Below are positions 44,901 through 53,325 of a DNA stretch of 57,404 bases, in pieces; within the stretch, counting starts at the first letter, position 1; every line of letters starts with the position of its first letter. The notes beneath the pieces are model-generated. The model worked only from the letters and a program-made list of their open reading frames with translations. It was not told the DNA's origin and did not search any database. The stretch spans positions 1 through 57,404 of the forward strand of contig DASTJB010000318.1 of NCBI GenBank assembly GCA_035717005.1. The letters run 5' to 3'. The position numbers were made by a program, and so were the translations under genes. This DNA is from Candidatus Angelobacter sp. Its GTDB lineage: Bacteria > Acidobacteriota > Terriglobia > Terriglobales > Acidobacteriaceae.

Positions 44901-46498
44901 ACTTCGGCCGCGCCGGCACGCTGATGGATGCGATCTCCAAAGGAGTGCGCCCTCCCGATCCGGATGTGGTGAACACGCCGCGCGGAGGACTGGACCTTAC
45001 GCATCGGGTGGCGCTGCTCTGCGCCGGAGATCCGGCTGTGAATGCGGTATGGAGTGGAGTGACGGCGCATCCTCGCGCCGCGGCCGAGCCGTGGCTGGAC
45101 GCCTGGGTGAGCCAGCTTCTTCCCGATCCCGCAACCGTGATCTGCAATGTGACGTTTGACGATGCCGGCGGCAACCCCAACACGCAGCAGGTCACGCTGG
45201 CCGATCTGGACGTGGGCCCGCTGGATGTGATTGCCATGGCGGACGTAGGGCAAAGCGCGCAGCAAGGCGAACTGGAAAGACGGATCGCGTTTGCCGCCGC
45301 TCTGCCGGCCGGCGCCAGCAACCTCAAGATCGATTTCCAGGCGCCAGCCGGCTCGGTAAGCTTCCCGGATGTTTTCTTCCTGGCCAAATCGCTGCGGAGC
45401 CTGATCAGCTCGGCGCGCGCGCTCACGCCGCAGGACCTGACCCGCCCTGAAGTCAAAGCGGCCGATGCCGGAGGCGCAGTGAAGATCGCGGATCTTCACG
45501 ATCGCGCGGACAATGCCGTCAAGAGTCTGAAGAACGATTTGAAGAATTTAAACACCGCTGTGGCCGGACTGCCGGGCGCTCCAGGTCCGGTGCGCACAGC
45601 CCTGCTGGCGTGCAGCTCTTACGGGGTGGCCGGCTCGATACCTCTTTCGAGCAGCGGCGCCGATCCGGGGCTTGCCGACCAGGCCGCGGGTGTTACCAAG
45701 CAATTGCAGGAGCGAGTGGACACCGCTTCAAAGATCAACCTGGCAACTGCTCTGGCCAAGGCGGATGTTCCGGCGTTAACCGGAGTGCTGACCACCATAT
45801 TCGGCGATGACTTTGTTGTTCTGCCGCGCTTCACGCCGCCGGACTTCACGAAGCTGAAGGCGGCATTCGGCCAGTCCGACAATCTGGTTGCTGCGGACCC
45901 GGAGGCCCCTTCGCGGTGGCTGCTGCAACTGGCGCACGTGCGGCCGGGAATCTCGCGGCTTGATGCGGCGCTTTCTCTGGCAGAGCTTCTGGGAGCGCAG
46001 GACGTTGCGCCTCCCGATCTGCTGCTGGGACAATTGCCTGAGGTCGACAACGACAAGTGGCTGGGGCTGGGCATCGACACCTCCAAGCCTCCCGACAAAG
46101 GCCGCGTGGCCTTCGCTTGCGTGACGCAGGGCGATCCGGTCAATGACAACAGCTATGCCGGCCTGCTGATCGATGAATGGCCGGAACGAATTCCTTCAAC
46201 CCAGGAAAACGCCGCCGTGGCTTTCCACTATGAGGAGCCGAAGGCACGAGCGCCGCAGGCGCTGCTGCTGGCCGTCTGCCCCGACAACCGCGAGACGTGG
46301 GACGATGACCTGGTCACCGGCGTGCTTCAGGAGGCGCTGGAGCTGGCCAAAATACGCACGGTGGACCTGGACAGCGTGCAGGAGGCCGGCCAGATTCTGC
46401 CTGCTCTTTATTTTGCTCTGAACTTGCAGGGCGCCACCGTCTCCACACATTTCGCCAATTTCAAGGAGTTTAAGCGTGCAGCTCCAGTCATTCGCTAA
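41966..46498 (+). CDS. Giant hypothetical protein C (1510 aa) with a Pro-rich repetitive N-terminus
   Basis: The ATG at 41966 overlaps the gene B stop (ATGA). The N-terminus is MSTHPPNPNPNQPPAPGPNQPPAPAPGG. No recognisable enzymatic motif. Confidence 0.85.
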   Translation: MSTHPPNPNPNQPPAPGPNQPPAPAPGGNGQPHALDAATPVLFLPVNIETRFMDAGVRGGSELWLRVYPDQIAINSHEPELTDQEIADGKVYWDAVWRAGKPPAREEDVKAPWRGLAARYGGPRAAWIALTMTPTNALQQPAAPTAEGANPVPPPSYRTPPTHSGSWTKPAIAAALPDFWKVAAISGTAVLTAQGGPITPDLAVGMTPGVAFPAGSPVDPGMQWLVDFDAAVKAGMALKIPLTAQQRNTGFDRIFVYGLRSRGASGSQTLTELLNAHHYTDGFSLVAQGAPTNNTPDADAAYSRKDPDQEASYKVERSDPLNQDAAADGNAFANLIGIDPATMAHVGESDGTDERNGRDMFTALWPATLGYFFSQMMADVFTPAQIETARQYVLANALPRGPLPAFRVGRTPYGVLPITSLRRYPQGERTFVGSIEPALVDFISKLWPTWLASANGAPHMQNSGDPDAQLVQVLGMDASSMTFRGRQVLGDDFLWNYINFQGIASSLANPWWLSHLARGRQLLDKFGFNTWDPRVIHLGLAEKSYPVPFPTVQTGALSETDPLKADADLGGGTKGNYIRWLRQAAVSDIQADNYPGPKPTALLYKILRQSVLLDYAKLATFAEVNAARLQFAQVREQEIIGVVPQLETQAAAQDLPKVSVWEVLARPSIPNPKLSWAEYLVNLDPPPQSPFAQLTELRACLDRLAKLSTAELDRLLTETLDACSHRLDVWATAIATALLGRTRAGKNNGVHLGAFGWVEEVRPAASRPAVVGVELDAVRALDRRRSTTLKRELNLPVPVQPLQDNGGYIFAPSLTQAATAAVLRNGYMTHKGTSQEGLLSIDLSSERVRNALLLLEGVQQGQSLNALLGYLFESGLHTLQLDKYAQPFRDRFPIVANKLTPSSDPSESVAASNVVDGLALRTAWDTGQLAQGGNWGTGLPAPGADQNAVIGLLETIDDYADALADLSISEAVFQIIRGNFGRAGTLMDAISKGVRPPDPDVVNTPRGGLDLTHRVALLCAGDPAVNAVWSGVTAHPRAAAEPWLDAWVSQLLPDPATVICNVTFDDAGGNPNTQQVTLADLDVGPLDVIAMADVGQSAQQGELERRIAFAAALPAGASNLKIDFQAPAGSVSFPDVFFLAKSLRSLISSARALTPQDLTRPEVKAADAGGAVKIADLHDRADNAVKSLKNDLKNLNTAVAGLPGAPGPVRTALLACSSYGVAGSIPLSSSGADPGLADQAAGVTKQLQERVDTASKINLATALAKADVPALTGVLTTIFGDDFVVLPRFTPPDFTKLKAAFGQSDNLVAADPEAPSRWLLQLAHVRPGISRLDAALSLAELLGAQDVAPPDLLLGQLPEVDNDKWLGLGIDTSKPPDKGRVAFACVTQGDPVNDNSYAGLLIDEWPERIPSTQENAAVAFHYEEPKARAPQALLLAVCPDNRETWDDDLVTGVLQEALELAKIRTVDLDSVQEAGQILPALYFALNLQGATVSTHFANFKEFKRAAPVIR

Positions 46499-48248
46499 AT
46501 CCGTTATCAAGATACCGTCCATCACAACGTGGACACGGCTGGAGCCGCGTCCGCGCGAGGGCTCAATGCAACGCAGCCTGCAAGCTCAGGTGCGCGATGC
46601 GGCCTGGTTTCTGGCACGGCAATGGCAGATGGCGGAATTCCTGGGTGATGATGCCGGCTCTCCGATACAGGCCACGCTGGGCGTGGAGCAGCGCAGCATT
46701 ACCACCTACCGTCCCGGAGCAGACGACACGAAAACTGTGGCGCTCGAGAGCAAACTTCCCGTCGAGACGCATGTGGAGCGCGAAACGGTGCGCCTGAATA
46801 TGCGGGGCTCCGTACAGTCCGGGTTGTATTTTGAAAAGCTCGTCCGGCAGAAGCTGGGCGGAGGCGCGAACGCGGTGATGGCAAAATTTCGCGCAGCGTT
46901 TAAGATTGCCAGCAACTCGCCAGACCCGACATATGCCGATAGCGACTGCCTGCGCTTCCGCTCTGTGGCCGCGGGCCGCGTTACCGACGGTGAAGCACTG
47001 CTCCAGACTCTGAACGCGATTGCCGCGGGCCAGCCGCCGGCCATTCCGCTGCCGCCGGAAGCCGCCAATCCGGGAATGCCTGCCGTGCTCTCCGACTTTG
47101 CGGCGTTTCGCAATTCCCTGTTCACGGAACCCGATCATGATCCGGCATGGCAACCGCAGCGCCTGGACTACGACTTCGCGCTCGGCTCTCCGGTGCCCGA
47201 GGAAAACCTGTTGCTCAACGCGCCGGACTTTCCCGGCGGACATCTGGACTGGTATTCCTTCAATCTGCAGACGGCCCAGCCGAACCAGGTTTCCGCTGCG
47301 AATCCGGCGCAGATCACGCCGGAATCCTTCAACTTCCTTCCCAACCACGTGGTCTTCAACGGAATGCCGGACCCGCGCTGGTGGAATTTTGAAGACAGCG
47401 TGACCGACTTCGGCCAGCTCGACGCCGATCACGTAGACCTGGCCAAGCTGCTGGTGATGGAGTTCGCGCTGGTCTACGGCAATGACTGGTTCTGGGTGCC
47501 GGTGCCAACGCCGGTGGGAACACTGGAGCGCGTAACCACTCTGCTGGTGACTGACACTTTCGGAGTGAGGACGCTGATCCGTCCTTCCGAGCAGACGCAG
47601 GTCAATGCCGGGGAAACGCCGTGGTCAATGTTCAAACTTTCCGGCAATGGCCGCCGCTCGGATTTCATCGCCATGGCGCCCACGCTGGGAGTGACGGACG
47701 ACGCGGGCGCGCTGGAGGAAGTTCTATTCCTCCGCGATGACCTCGCTGCCATGGCCTGGGCGGTGGAGCATCAGCTGCAAAGCGATCTTGACGGCCCGGT
47801 GGACTCTTACGAGCAGTACCTGAAACGGATCAAGGCTGATCCGCCGCCGGCTCCGCCGCAGGCACAGCCGGGCGGGCCGAATATCTACTACACGCTGGAA
47901 ACGGTGGTGCCGGACAACTGGATTCCGATGGTGCCGGTGAAATCGCCGCAGGATGAGCTGTTTCTACGGCGCGGGACGATGGAGATCGCGGTTGCCGGTC
48001 CGCCGCCGCATTTTGTCAATCTGAAGGCGCATGCGCTGATTCTGGAGCCGGACCATCCGTTCTTTGTGGCTGACCGCATAGTCTCGCGGTCTGGCGTGAT
48101 GGTGGACCGCTACTTCCGGCGCACGCGCTCGTCGGACGGCAGCACCTTCGTCTGGATGGCGCGCAAATCAGGCGTGGGGCGCGGGCCAGGCTGGTCAGGC
48201 CTGCGTTATGACATTGTGCGCGATATGGCAAAAGCGAAAACCGCGTAA
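46476..48248 (+). CDS. Large hypothetical protein D (590 aa)
   Basis: GTG start at 46476 with AAGGAG 7 nt upstream. Overlaps the end of gene C by 23 nt. No motif recognised. Confidence 0.8.
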   Translation: MQLQSFAKSVIKIPSITTWTRLEPRPREGSMQRSLQAQVRDAAWFLARQWQMAEFLGDDAGSPIQATLGVEQRSITTYRPGADDTKTVALESKLPVETHVERETVRLNMRGSVQSGLYFEKLVRQKLGGGANAVMAKFRAAFKIASNSPDPTYADSDCLRFRSVAAGRVTDGEALLQTLNAIAAGQPPAIPLPPEAANPGMPAVLSDFAAFRNSLFTEPDHDPAWQPQRLDYDFALGSPVPEENLLLNAPDFPGGHLDWYSFNLQTAQPNQVSAANPAQITPESFNFLPNHVVFNGMPDPRWWNFEDSVTDFGQLDADHVDLAKLLVMEFALVYGNDWFWVPVPTPVGTLERVTTLLVTDTFGVRTLIRPSEQTQVNAGETPWSMFKLSGNGRRSDFIAMAPTLGVTDDAGALEEVLFLRDDLAAMAWAVEHQLQSDLDGPVDSYEQYLKRIKADPPPAPPQAQPGGPNIYYTLETVVPDNWIPMVPVKSPQDELFLRRGTMEIAVAGPPPHFVNLKAHALILEPDHPFFVADRIVSRSGVMVDRYFRRTRSSDGSTFVWMARKSGVGRGPGWSGLRYDIVRDMAKAKTA

Positions 48249-48306
48249 AGAACAGATTGTGTTCCGGAGATCGAGCCGCCCGGGCAAATCGTATAATGAC
48301 CGCACG

Positions 48307-48558
48307 ATGAAGCGCCGAGTGCAGATTGTTGTTTCTTCCGGGCCTGCCGGAGGACATCAGGGCATCGCGCCACGCTTGAGCGTTTGGCAGCGATTCAAGC
48401 TGCTGATTATCGGGACTGTGCTGGCTGCAGGGGTGGTTGCCCTTCTGATTGTTGCAATCGTAGTCGGATCGATTGTAGCGACCTTCATTCTTCTCGCGAT
48501 GGCAGTGGCGGTTGTGGTTTTTGTCGTCAGGGCAAAGCTGCGGCGGTGGCGTCGTTAA
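48307..48558 (+). CDS. Small membrane protein E (83 aa, predicted TM hairpin, Arg-rich C-terminus)
   Basis: Hydrophobic stretch FKLLIIGTVLAAGVVALLIVAIVVGSIVATFILLAMAVAVVVFVV. The start is uncertain (ATG at 48307 or 48208) and there is no clear SD. Confidence 0.45.
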   Translation: MKRRVQIVVSSGPAGGHQGIAPRLSVWQRFKLLIIGTVLAAGVVALLIVAIVVGSIVATFILLAMAVAVVVFVVRAKLRRWRR

Positions 48559-48620
48559 GTCACTGTGTGGCATTCCAGACATTTCAGGCCGCCGCCGCTA
48601 CCGAACTTATGGCATCGAAC

Positions 48621-50387
48621 TCATCTTCGCCCAACAGCATGCGCCTTTACTTTGGGCTTCGCCGGTCCCTTTTTCTTACTGTGAGGAGTCGATCCGCCAG
48701 CGGGCTTTACCTTGAGCGCCGGTGCGTTCGGATCGAAAGGCTTGGCCCTGGTCTTCAAATCAGCAAGAAAGACCTTCTCGAAATACTGGGCTATCGGTGC
48801 AGATTCGATAATGACTCCGGCGTCGCGGTTGGTCTGCACCCCTGCGGGCGAAAAGTTCTGGCTGCTCACCACCACCGTGCTGGAATCCACAACGAAGCCT
48901 TTATTGTGAACATCCGGTTGGAGGAAAATATTCGCGGTGAGGTCCACTCCCTGGGACTTCATCTTCTCGGCCCATTTTTCGCCAAATTGCTGGCTTTCGA
49001 TCAGACGCACCTCCACGCCTGCCGCCACTCGTTCACGAATTGCCCGCAGCAATTTGTCGAAATCGTCGCCTGTCCCGCTTGACGCTTCGATGTACTGCAG
49101 CTGGATGTAGAGTTTGTGTTTGGCTCCGTTGATGAGGCTGATGATATTCGTCAGGTACTGCCCATTTTTTTGCGGCCCCACGGTATCCGGAGTCAACAGC
49201 GGCGTGATCTTCACTTGCACGTTAGGGAACACCTGCGCGGGCACGAGCTTCCCGCCTTTCGCCGCGGCCACAGCGGCCGGCGCGGGGTTTGCCTCGGCTG
49301 CCGCTTTGGCATGGGCGTCAGCGACGGCGCTGGCCAGGGCAGCAGGCGGTGCAGCCTGGTGCTGGCTGGCGGACTTGAAGTCCTGATCCAGATACGCGGT
49401 GAACACCTTGCTCAACTGCGCGTCTTCGATAATCACGTGCCAGTCGCGATCCTCTGTGGCCGGCGGGTGGGCGAGGTCGGGCTGGTTGCTGTTGTTCAGG
49501 TTCCCGCTTGAGATCCACACAGCCGAGCCGTCGCGCACGATGACCTTGATGTGATAAGAGGTTGTAAACATGATGGCGTCAGCGAAAACGTCATCACCCG
49601 CCAGCGCACGCACGATCCTGGCGCGGCCGCCCATGGCTGCCTCCAACTCCTGCACGGTCTGTGTGTCTGTCTGGTTACGGGTGTGATTGGGCGGAGGATT
49701 GTCCAAGACCATCTGCAGCGTTTTGCCGCCGGTGAGAACAGACTCGAAGATGCCCAGGATAGGCCCGGAGGTGAAGTCGTACATGCCGATCACCAGTGTG
49801 TGCTGGGTGCCCTGAAGGAATTGGGTGAGCGTCTTAAGGGCGGCATCCGGACTCACGTGCGCCGTGATCGTAGCCGTCGTGGTGAACGGCGTGAGCGGAG
49901 TATTGGGCGCGGCGACATATGGAATCTGGTTCTTGGCGGAGTGGGCCTGCAACGCCTGGGTCAGCATGGGCCGCTGTTGCCGGGTCGTGGCCAGCTGCTG
50001 CTGGGTGGAGCTTTGCGGGTCGTTCAATAGATGGCCACTCGGCATTTCCCTCTCCAGCGGCCAAACCGGCTCCTTCTGTTCCGGACGTCCGAAGGCCAGA
50101 GAAAGCGCCGCGGCGGCGGCATCGTGGGCCCGCAGACGCTGATGCGCCGTGCCCTCGCGGACATCTACCGGGATATTGTTGATCATGGCCGGAAGAAGTT
50201 CATTCCTAGGCAGGCTCTTTGTCTTGAGGTTAACCGTCGCCACAATAGCCTGCTTCCCGGTGAGCTGATGCTTGCGGATCTCAAAACCGGGACGTACGGT
50301 CAAGACGCCTGGTTTGCGCAGGCGTTTCAGATTTCTTGTTATAACCTTGTCAATGTGCTCTGGCGTGATGACTCTCTTGCTTGCCAT
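48621..50387 (-). CDS. Phospholipase-D-superfamily protein with two HKD motifs and an N-terminal domain homologous to that of the protease at 33738
   Basis: HKD 1: SYHIKVIVRDGSAVWISSGNLNNSN. HKD 2: DVHNKGFVVDSSTVVVSSQNFSPAG. No signal peptide. Convergent with the giant-gene operon. Confidence 0.85.
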   Translation of the reverse strand: MASKRVITPEHIDKVITRNLKRLRKPGVLTVRPGFEIRKHQLTGKQAIVATVNLKTKSLPRNELLPAMINNIPVDVREGTAHQRLRAHDAAAAALSLAFGRPEQKEPVWPLEREMPSGHLLNDPQSSTQQQLATTRQQRPMLTQALQAHSAKNQIPYVAAPNTPLTPFTTTATITAHVSPDAALKTLTQFLQGTQHTLVIGMYDFTSGPILGIFESVLTGGKTLQMVLDNPPPNHTRNQTDTQTVQELEAAMGGRARIVRALAGDDVFADAIMFTTSYHIKVIVRDGSAVWISSGNLNNSNQPDLAHPPATEDRDWHVIIEDAQLSKVFTAYLDQDFKSASQHQAAPPAALASAVADAHAKAAAEANPAPAAVAAAKGGKLVPAQVFPNVQVKITPLLTPDTVGPQKNGQYLTNIISLINGAKHKLYIQLQYIEASSGTGDDFDKLLRAIRERVAAGVEVRLIESQQFGEKWAEKMKSQGVDLTANIFLQPDVHNKGFVVDSSTVVVSSQNFSPAGVQTNRDAGVIIESAPIAQYFEKVFLADLKTRAKPFDPNAPALKVKPAGGSTPHSKKKGPAKPKVKAHAVGRR

Positions 50388-50740
50388 AACTATCCTTTCT
50401 CTTGCTGATCGGCCCTGAAATGTAACACACTGAGCCTAGCAATCAAGCCTTTTTGGTGAATTCCAAAACGGTTTCCTGGCCCATACGAGTGCGATTTCCA
50501 GCTCTCCATGTATTATGAGAGAACTCCAGCTTGCCTACTCCGATTTTGCTTGACGTATGGATGATTTGGGGTATGTTTGTCCTACACTCCCAATAGGCCC
50601 CTAGCGTGAGTTTGTATTCGCGCCAGATAACTGGAATCTATTCGGCATCATTCGCAGTCGGTCCTTCAGATTGTCTTATCCAATCCCGAGCCGCAGGTGG
50701 GCCGCTCCCGGAGGAACGGTCCAGTTGAGGAGGAACCACT

Positions 50741-51409
50741 ATGGCTGGTCGATCATCCAAGCCCAGGCGATCCAAGCTTTCACGTCGTGGTTTTCTGCAG
50801 AAAACAGGCTTCGCTGCGATTGCAGCGCTGATTCCGAGCAGAGTGGCGCCACAGAATCCAGTCGGAAACATTTACGGGGAAGGTCTGCCGGCATGCCGCG
50901 TTCAGTTTCCAAAGGTGAAGCCTGCCTACCCGGTGGATGCGTCACTAGTGAGGGCGTTCGTGGAAATGTCCGAAGGGCTGACCGGCGTATACTCTCTTCA
51001 CAAAAGCCCAAACCTCGCCGCGGCCTATGCTGAGCGAATAGCTACCAACCCGGCCCTCACATCGGCTTTGCCGCCGTTGCTGGACGCGTTTCGTCAGCTT
51101 CCTGCCAGACCGAAGCCCCCGCACGATACCGCACACGAGATCGAAGCCTGGGAAGCAAAGATCGATGCCGCGATCATGAAGAACCCTCAACTACGCCCCT
51201 GTGCCGAGCAGGTGATCTATGTTTGGTATTTTTCAGCATTCTTTCTGCCGAACCTGGCAGAACCGGATACCAACAAGCGAAAGAAGATCTGGCTCTATGG
51301 CGACTACGACCATTACGCCCGCGGGTTGACCTGGTCACTGATTGGCGCTCATGCGCCCGGCGTGACCGGCGGTCCTTACGGGTACTGGGCAGATACCGTC
51401 ACGCTCTAG
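50741..51409 (+). CDS. Tat-signal small subunit of a GMC-type sugar/gluconate dehydrogenase complex
   Basis: Twin-arginine motif SRRGFLQKTGFAAIAAL. Located immediately upstream of a GMC oxidoreductase, the usual pairing for this family. Confidence 0.7.
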   Translation: MAGRSSKPRRSKLSRRGFLQKTGFAAIAALIPSRVAPQNPVGNIYGEGLPACRVQFPKVKPAYPVDASLVRAFVEMSEGLTGVYSLHKSPNLAAAYAERIATNPALTSALPPLLDAFRQLPARPKPPHDTAHEIEAWEAKIDAAIMKNPQLRPCAEQVIYVWYFSAFFLPNLAEPDTNKRKKIWLYGDYDHYARGLTWSLIGAHAPGVTGGPYGYWADTVTL

Positions 51410-51438
51410 AGCCAGACACGCAATCAAGGAGACGCACA

Positions 51439-53277
51439 ATGGAAGGCAATATCGTTGCCCCTGAGTTTGACGTGATTTTTGTCGGGTCCGGTATAGCCGC
51501 TGCGATGGCAGCTCACCGGCTGGCGCGGGCGCGCTTTCGCGTCCTGATGCTGGAAGCAGGTGGCGTGGTGCCCGACTCGCTCAACCGGCTCGCGCTCTTG
51601 AGGAACTATATCGCCTCCCCGGGCAAGACCCCGGATTCCCCGTATTGCGGCGATGAACTCGACCCTGAAATTCAACCCGACCAGCTCACGGGCAAGAACT
51701 ATTACCAGTATCCCGACGGCAACAAGCACATCTTCAAGAGCTTTTACGAGAAGCTGGTGGGGGGCTCAACCTGGCATTGGCAAGGCATCTGGATACGCAT
51801 GCTCCCGAGCGATTTTGAGATGAATAGGCTCTACGGCGTGGGACAAGACTGGCCGAAAGAGTGCAGATACAACACGCTGGAACACTGGTACGCCGAAGCG
51901 GAGCAAGAGGTGGGTGTAGCCGGCAATGACCAGCAGGCAGAACGGTATATGGAACGCAAGTTCGGCGCTTATCGGAGCACGCCGTTTCCCATGCCGGAAC
52001 TCACGCCCAGCTATCTGGATGCACACGTAGCGGCGGCTGTTCAGGGAAAGGTCTTCACCGACTCGACGGGGCGCCCGGAGAACGAAATCCTAGTGACCAA
52101 CGTGCCCCATGCCATCAACAGCCAGCTCTATGACGGCCGGCCGGCATGTGACGGACGAACCTCCTGTGTACCGCTCTGCGCATCGAAAGCGCGCTATGAC
52201 GCGGTGGCCCACATTGAGAAGGCGCTGGCGGCGGGGGCGGAACTGCGGGCGAATTGCACGGTGACCAGAATCAACCTGGACCCCGGCAATGGCAGAATGG
52301 TTACCGGTGTCGATTACATAGAAAAAAACGGCACGAACATGGAGAAATACACCGTGACCGGCCACATTGTAGTGGTGGCGGCCAATGGCATGGAAACGCC
52401 CCGGCTACTGCTCAACTCCAATGTGGCCAATTCGAGCAATCTGGTTGGCTGCAACCTGATGGACCATCCGATCAAGCAATCCTTTGCCTTGACCGTTGAA
52501 CCGGTATTCCCCTTTCGCGGTCCGCAGACGACCTCAGACATTGAAGCGTTTCGCGATGGTGCATTTCGCCGCCAGTATGCCGCCTATAAGACGTCCATCA
52601 AAAACGACGGCTGGTCAACGGTGGCGGCCGTCCTCTCACCGCGTGGCACCGACACGGACAACCCCAATGTGATGAACAGGGAAAATCCACCCAAACACAC
52701 GGACGACAGCATGGGGACGCTTTTGAATTTTGTAGGCAAGCAGGGATTATTCGGTTCCAAACTGAAGCACAAAGTAGTAAACCATCTAACCCGGCAGATC
52801 GTGCTGAACAGCGCGGCGGAGCAGTTGCCCAACCGGGACAATCGCGTGGTACTCTCCAAGACAAAAAACGACAAGTTTGGCGTACCGTTACCTGAGATCC
52901 ACTATGCCCTGGATAACGATCAGGGATATCTGCAGCGCTGCTTCGACAACATCATCAAATTCCACGAGTTCGTCTTCGATCAGATGCATATTCCCGCCAA
53001 GGACCAGTATCTGCAAAACGACGGCTTCAATACTTACGGCGGTTCAGGGCACATCATGGGGACCACCGTGATGGGAGAGAAAAAAGAGTCATCGGTTGTG
53101 GATCACGAGTGCAAGGCCCACGATCACGATAATCTTTTTATCCTCGGCAGCAGCGTATTCCCGACCAGCTCTACCGCGAACCCGACTTCAACCATAGCAG
53201 CCCTCTCCTTACGCGCTGTGGATGCAATCGGGACGGCAGTGAAGGTGCAGCGAGCAAAGGCCCTCAAGGAGGCGTAA
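51439..53277 (+). CDS. GMC-family FAD-dependent oxidoreductase
   Basis: FDVIFVGSGIAAAMAAHRLA dinucleotide fold and a C-terminal GMC block (GGSGHIMGTTVMG ... LFILGSSVFPTSSTANPT). Start set at the ATG at 51439, after AAGGAGA. Confidence 0.85.
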   Translation: MEGNIVAPEFDVIFVGSGIAAAMAAHRLARARFRVLMLEAGGVVPDSLNRLALLRNYIASPGKTPDSPYCGDELDPEIQPDQLTGKNYYQYPDGNKHIFKSFYEKLVGGSTWHWQGIWIRMLPSDFEMNRLYGVGQDWPKECRYNTLEHWYAEAEQEVGVAGNDQQAERYMERKFGAYRSTPFPMPELTPSYLDAHVAAAVQGKVFTDSTGRPENEILVTNVPHAINSQLYDGRPACDGRTSCVPLCASKARYDAVAHIEKALAAGAELRANCTVTRINLDPGNGRMVTGVDYIEKNGTNMEKYTVTGHIVVVAANGMETPRLLLNSNVANSSNLVGCNLMDHPIKQSFALTVEPVFPFRGPQTTSDIEAFRDGAFRRQYAAYKTSIKNDGWSTVAAVLSPRGTDTDNPNVMNRENPPKHTDDSMGTLLNFVGKQGLFGSKLKHKVVNHLTRQIVLNSAAEQLPNRDNRVVLSKTKNDKFGVPLPEIHYALDNDQGYLQRCFDNIIKFHEFVFDQMHIPAKDQYLQNDGFNTYGGSGHIMGTTVMGEKKESSVVDHECKAHDHDNLFILGSSVFPTSSTANPTSTIAALSLRAVDAIGTAVKVQRAKALKEA

Positions 53278-53325
53278 TATCGCGGGGATTAGGTGTTGGA
53301 TTTGTGCAATGGCGCCCTGTTCATT

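Noticed and set aside
39084-47432. Long minus-strand ORFs inside the giant genes (39084..40118, 41073..41975, 43295..44218, 44699..45499, 46563..47432)
   Set aside because: All are antisense to the uninterrupted plus-strand genes. They are Arg/Gly-rich and lack starts with SD sequences. They are shadow ORFs, not an antisense gene set.
35353-48248. Search for NTPase, helicase, metalloprotease or nuclease motifs in A-D. Near misses were GGGTKGN in C and NHEFIE/NHEMAR in B.
   Set aside because: None fits GxxxxGK[ST], HExxH or HKD patterns when read residue by residue. They are reported as absent rather than as weak hits.
48208-48306. Longer version of small protein E, starting at 48208 inside gene D
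   Set aside because: The extra 33 residues are basic low-complexity sequence overlapping the D coding end. Neither start has a good SD, so I kept the shorter form with low confidence.
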